DNA of 64,000 nt from Mobula hypostoma. Taxonomy: Eukaryota. A model generated the notes under the pieces. The model was not told where the DNA came from. It saw only the letters and a list, made by a program, of their open reading frames with translations, and ran no database searches. The stretch lies in contig NC_086097.1 in the NCBI RefSeq assembly GCF_963921235.1, forward strand, positions 145,330,001 through 145,394,000, given 5' to 3'. Positions 60,527 to 64,000 of the stretch are shown here, piece by piece. Each line of letters opens with the position of its first letter. The stretch's first letter is position 1. The translations under genes were made by a program, and so were the position numbers.

Positions 60527-62100
60527 ATAGAAACATAGAAAACCTACAGCACAATACAGGCCCTTCAGCCCACAAAGCTGTGCTGAACATGTTCTTACCT
60601 TAGAAATTACCTAGGATTACCCATAGACCTCTATTTTCCTAAACTCCGCTGCCGGCAGCCCATTCCATGCACTCACTACTCTCTGCATAAAAAAACTTAC
60701 CCCTGACATCTCCTCTGTATCTAATTCCGAGCACCTTAAAACTATGTCCTCTCGTGCTAGCCATTTCAGCCCTGGGAAAAAGCCTCTGACTCTCCACACA
60801 ATCAATACCTCTCATCATCTTATACACCTCTATCATGTCACCTCTCATCTTCCGTCACTCCGAGGAGAAAAGGCCAAGTTCACTCAACGTATTCAGGCAA
60901 CATCTCCTCTGCACACTTTCTGTGGTTTCCACGTCCTTCCTGTAATGAATTGAGCATAGTACTCCAAGTGGGGTCTGACCAGGGTCGTATATGGCTGCAA
61001 CATTACCTCTCAGCCCTTAAACTCAATCCCACGATTGATGAAGGACAACGCACCGTATGCCTTCTTAACCACAGAGTCATCCTGCATAGCAGCTTTGAGT
61101 GTCCTATGGACTCGGACCCCAAGATCCCTCTGATCCTCCACACTGCCAAGAGTCTTAGCATTAATACTATATTCTGCCATCACAGTTGACCTACCAAATG
61201 AACCACCTCACACTTATCTGGGTCCATCTGCCACTTCTCGGCCCAGTTTTGCATCCTATCAATGCCCCACTGTAAGCTCGGACAGTCCTCCACAGTATCC
61301 ACAACACCTCCAACCTTTGTGTCATCAGCAAATTTACTAACCCATCCCTCCACTTCCTCATCCAGGTCATTTATAAAAATCACGAAGTGTAGGGGTCCCA
61401 GAAGAGATCCCTGAGGCACACCACTGGTCACTAACCTTCATGTTGAATATGGCCCGTCTACAACCACTCTTTGCCTTCAGTGGGGAAGCTAGTTCTGGAT
61501 CCACAAAGCAATGTCCCCTTGGATCCCATGCCTCCTTACTTTCTCAATAAGCCTTGCATGGGGTACCTTATCAAATGCCTTACTGAAATCCATATACACT
61601 ACATCTACGGCTCTACCTTCATCAATGTGTTTAGTCACATCTTCAAAACATTCAATCAGGCTTGTAAGGCATGACCTGCCTTTGACAAAGCCATGTTGAC
61701 TATTTCTAATCATATTAATCCTCTCCAAATGTTCATAAACCCTGTCTCCTCTCAGGATCTTCTCCATCAACTTAACAACCACTGAAGTAAGACTCATTGG
61801 TCTATAATTTCCTGGGCTATCTCTACTCCCTTTCTTGAATAAGGGAACAATATCTGCAACCCTCCAATCCTCCATAACCTCTACTGTCCTCATTGACAAT
61901 GCAAAGATCATCACCAGAGGCTCAGCAATCTCTTCTCTCGCCTCCCACAGTAGCCTGGGGTACATTTCGTCCAGTCCCAGTGACTTATCCAATTTGATGC
62001 TTTCCAAAAGCTCCAGCACATCCTCTTCCTTAATACCTACATGCTCAAGCTTTTCAGTCCACTGCAAGTCATCCCTAGAATCACCAAGATCCTTTTCTCC
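60527..62100 (-). mobile_element. CR1 LINE, 5'-truncated
   Basis: NYRPMSLTSVV, SQHGFVKGRSCLTSL, DFSKAFDKVPH, SGVPQGS, KFADDTK; (CATAGAAA)n tail. Confidence 0.95.
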
Positions 62101-62869
62101 TTTTCTCACGTAATTTATCACAGAAAAATGGCCATACCAAGCTATAGGGACATCTCTAGAGAAGTAAGTGTCACGTTTGCTTGAGTGCAAATATGCTGTT
62201 GATTGCATCACATTGGAGTTCAAATACCTAGTGATAAATACACTTCCCCACATCAGTTTTTGCTGGCAATGATATAGTAAATCATCCAGCAATCTTGGGA
62301 CTTTGGTAATAGAAGACTAGCAGATTTTCCAGATATTGGATTTTACTCCCATTAAATCCAAGGGCACTTTTATGCAGACTGGACCAAGGGTCTCAACCCA
62401 AAATGTTGACCGTGTGTTTCCCCCCACAGAACCTTCTGAACTCACTGACTTCCTTGAGTAGCTCTTTGCTTTTGCTTAGCTGTCAGCATCCACAGACTCT
62501 GGTGAGTATAGTTTTATTTATCTTTATTTTAACATGTAGCACAGAAGTGGAAAAAGTCCCATTGAACACCATATGTTTAAAAGAGGTAAGTAATAATGAC
62601 CATTATGGACCTTGGCTCCAACGACAAGCCTGCACACATTCCTGACCCCTATCTCAGGCTGGACATCGGGCTCACGGTCCACACCCAGGTCCTGGCCGCA
62701 CTCTGATCCCTGTATCTGGCCATGTACCCTCCTTGCACTCTTGACCCTACGTTCTGGGCTAATGAGTGACCTGGATTCCAGGCCCAGAAGATCTTTTGAT
62801 CAATCAGATGCTAGCTCATTAGAGCTTTAAATTACTAACAATGTCAAATGTACTTCAACTAATTTTAAA

Positions 62870-63140
62870 GTACAGGTTGGGTGACACCAGGACTACAGGT
62901 CATAGGGATAGAGTGAAAGCTGAAATATTTAAGGGAAAACCAAGGAGGAACTTCTTCACTCAGAAGATGGTGCAAACTATGGATGAATTACCAGTGGAAG
63001 TAGTAGATACACATTCAATTGCAACATTTAAAAGAGTTTTGGATAAGTAAATGGATGGGAGGGGTTTGGAGCAGCTATTGTCAGGGTGAAGATAGGTGAA
63101 CTAGGCAGCTGATCATGTCATAATGGACTAGATGCTGTGG
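62870..63140 (+). mobile_element. CR1 3' fragment
   Basis: TTGHRDRVK..RRNFFTQKMV..ELPVEVV..FKRVLDK. Confidence 0.75.
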
Positions 63141-63369
63141 TATTCGAAAAGTCTATGAAGAAGGAACATCTCTTCTTCCTTGTTCAGTTAACTTAATAAA
63201 ATTTTGACTGAAGCTGCAATTTAAATTCTGTATTTCCCTGTCGATAGTCATCAAAACCATCAGGACTTAATGATATGTACCACAGTTCTGGATTATAATC
63301 AGCTGCTTAGTGCAAGGGGGAAGAGCACACATAGAGAATCAGACATTTTACCTTTTACTAAAGCTTCCA

Positions 63370-63690
63370 ACAGCTCCCACAGTAGGGTAGTGGTCAGTGC
63401 AATACTATTGCAGCTTGGGGCATTCTGGAGTTCAACCCCGGTGCTGTTCCGTAAGGAGTCTCTACATGTCCTCTCCATAGAATACATGGGTTTCCTTTGG
63501 GTCTTCCTGTTTCCTCCCACAGTCTGAAGACATACTGGGAAGGTAAGTTAGTCATTGTAGGTTGGTGTAAATCTGGGTTGTGGGGTTGTTGGAATGGCAC
63601 GGCTCGAAGTGCTGGAAGAGTCTACTCCATGCTGCACCACGAAATGAATGAACAAATAAATAAATAAACAAACACAAACAAACAAACAGA
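63370..63690 (+). mobile_element. tRNA-derived V-SINE
   Basis: A-box-like TAGGGTAGTGG, B-box-like GAGTTCAACCC, V-domain GGGTTTCCTTTGGGTCTTCCTGTTTCCTCCCACAGTCTGAAGAC, and an (AAAT/AAAC)n tail. Confidence 0.75.
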
Positions 63691-64000
63691 TAAGTAACAG
63701 CGACAGCTCTCAACTGAGAATTGAAACATTGTGTGGAGAAGATATCACGGCTTTTCTGCCAATAGAATGGCTCAAACCAGAGCTGTTACACAGTGCAGGA
63801 ATATCCACCCATCTCATTTCAGTTCATTGTCAATAGGCTAGTGAGTTCTAGTTAAAGTGCCAAATAAATGTGAAAGAACATTTTTGTTATTGACACATCC
63901 AATAATCTGATGTTGAGAATTCCAATTAACACAGTGCCTACAGCATTTGGGAAACTGTGTTTCAAAATTATAAAGAAGCAACGTAGTTAATGATATTCTA

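Noticed and set aside
62100..62292. Novel N-terminus on the 267-aa RT ORF (61489-62292)
   Set aside because: Chance read-through from flanking DNA into a 5'-truncated CR1; CR1 similarity begins near 62100.

Overview
Repeat-rich vertebrate genomic DNA. The mix of CR1, Rex1/Babar, Penelope-derived hairpins and V-SINEs suggests a cartilaginous fish, probably a ray (inference). The window holds the 5' coding exons of an ALS2CL-like gene on the minus strand: six phase-compatible exons between 35426 and 17895, of which the most 5' is tentative. Almost everything else is intron or upstream DNA filled with mobile elements. (1) A decayed provirus spans <1-11442 on the + strand. It has a tRNA-Asn-like PBS, a coiled-coil-repeat gag, RNase H and integrase but no recognisable protease or RT, and an env laid out like a paramyxovirus F protein, which fits a lokiretrovirus-like element. 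(2) An AcademX-type DNA transposon (transposase, XPG/FEN1-like nuclease, Cys-rich finger) splits its 5' LTR. (3) Penelope-derived fold-back inserts carry minimal hammerhead-ribozyme motifs and long target-site duplications. (4) A second, non-autonomous tRNA-Leu-primed ERV (~40185-44840) carries a nested solo LTR. (5) A full-length Buster/SPIN-like hAT transposon has TIRs and an 8-bp TSD. All family assignments come from hand motif recognition; no database search was run. Repeat boundaries are approximate unless a TSD or TIR is quoted.
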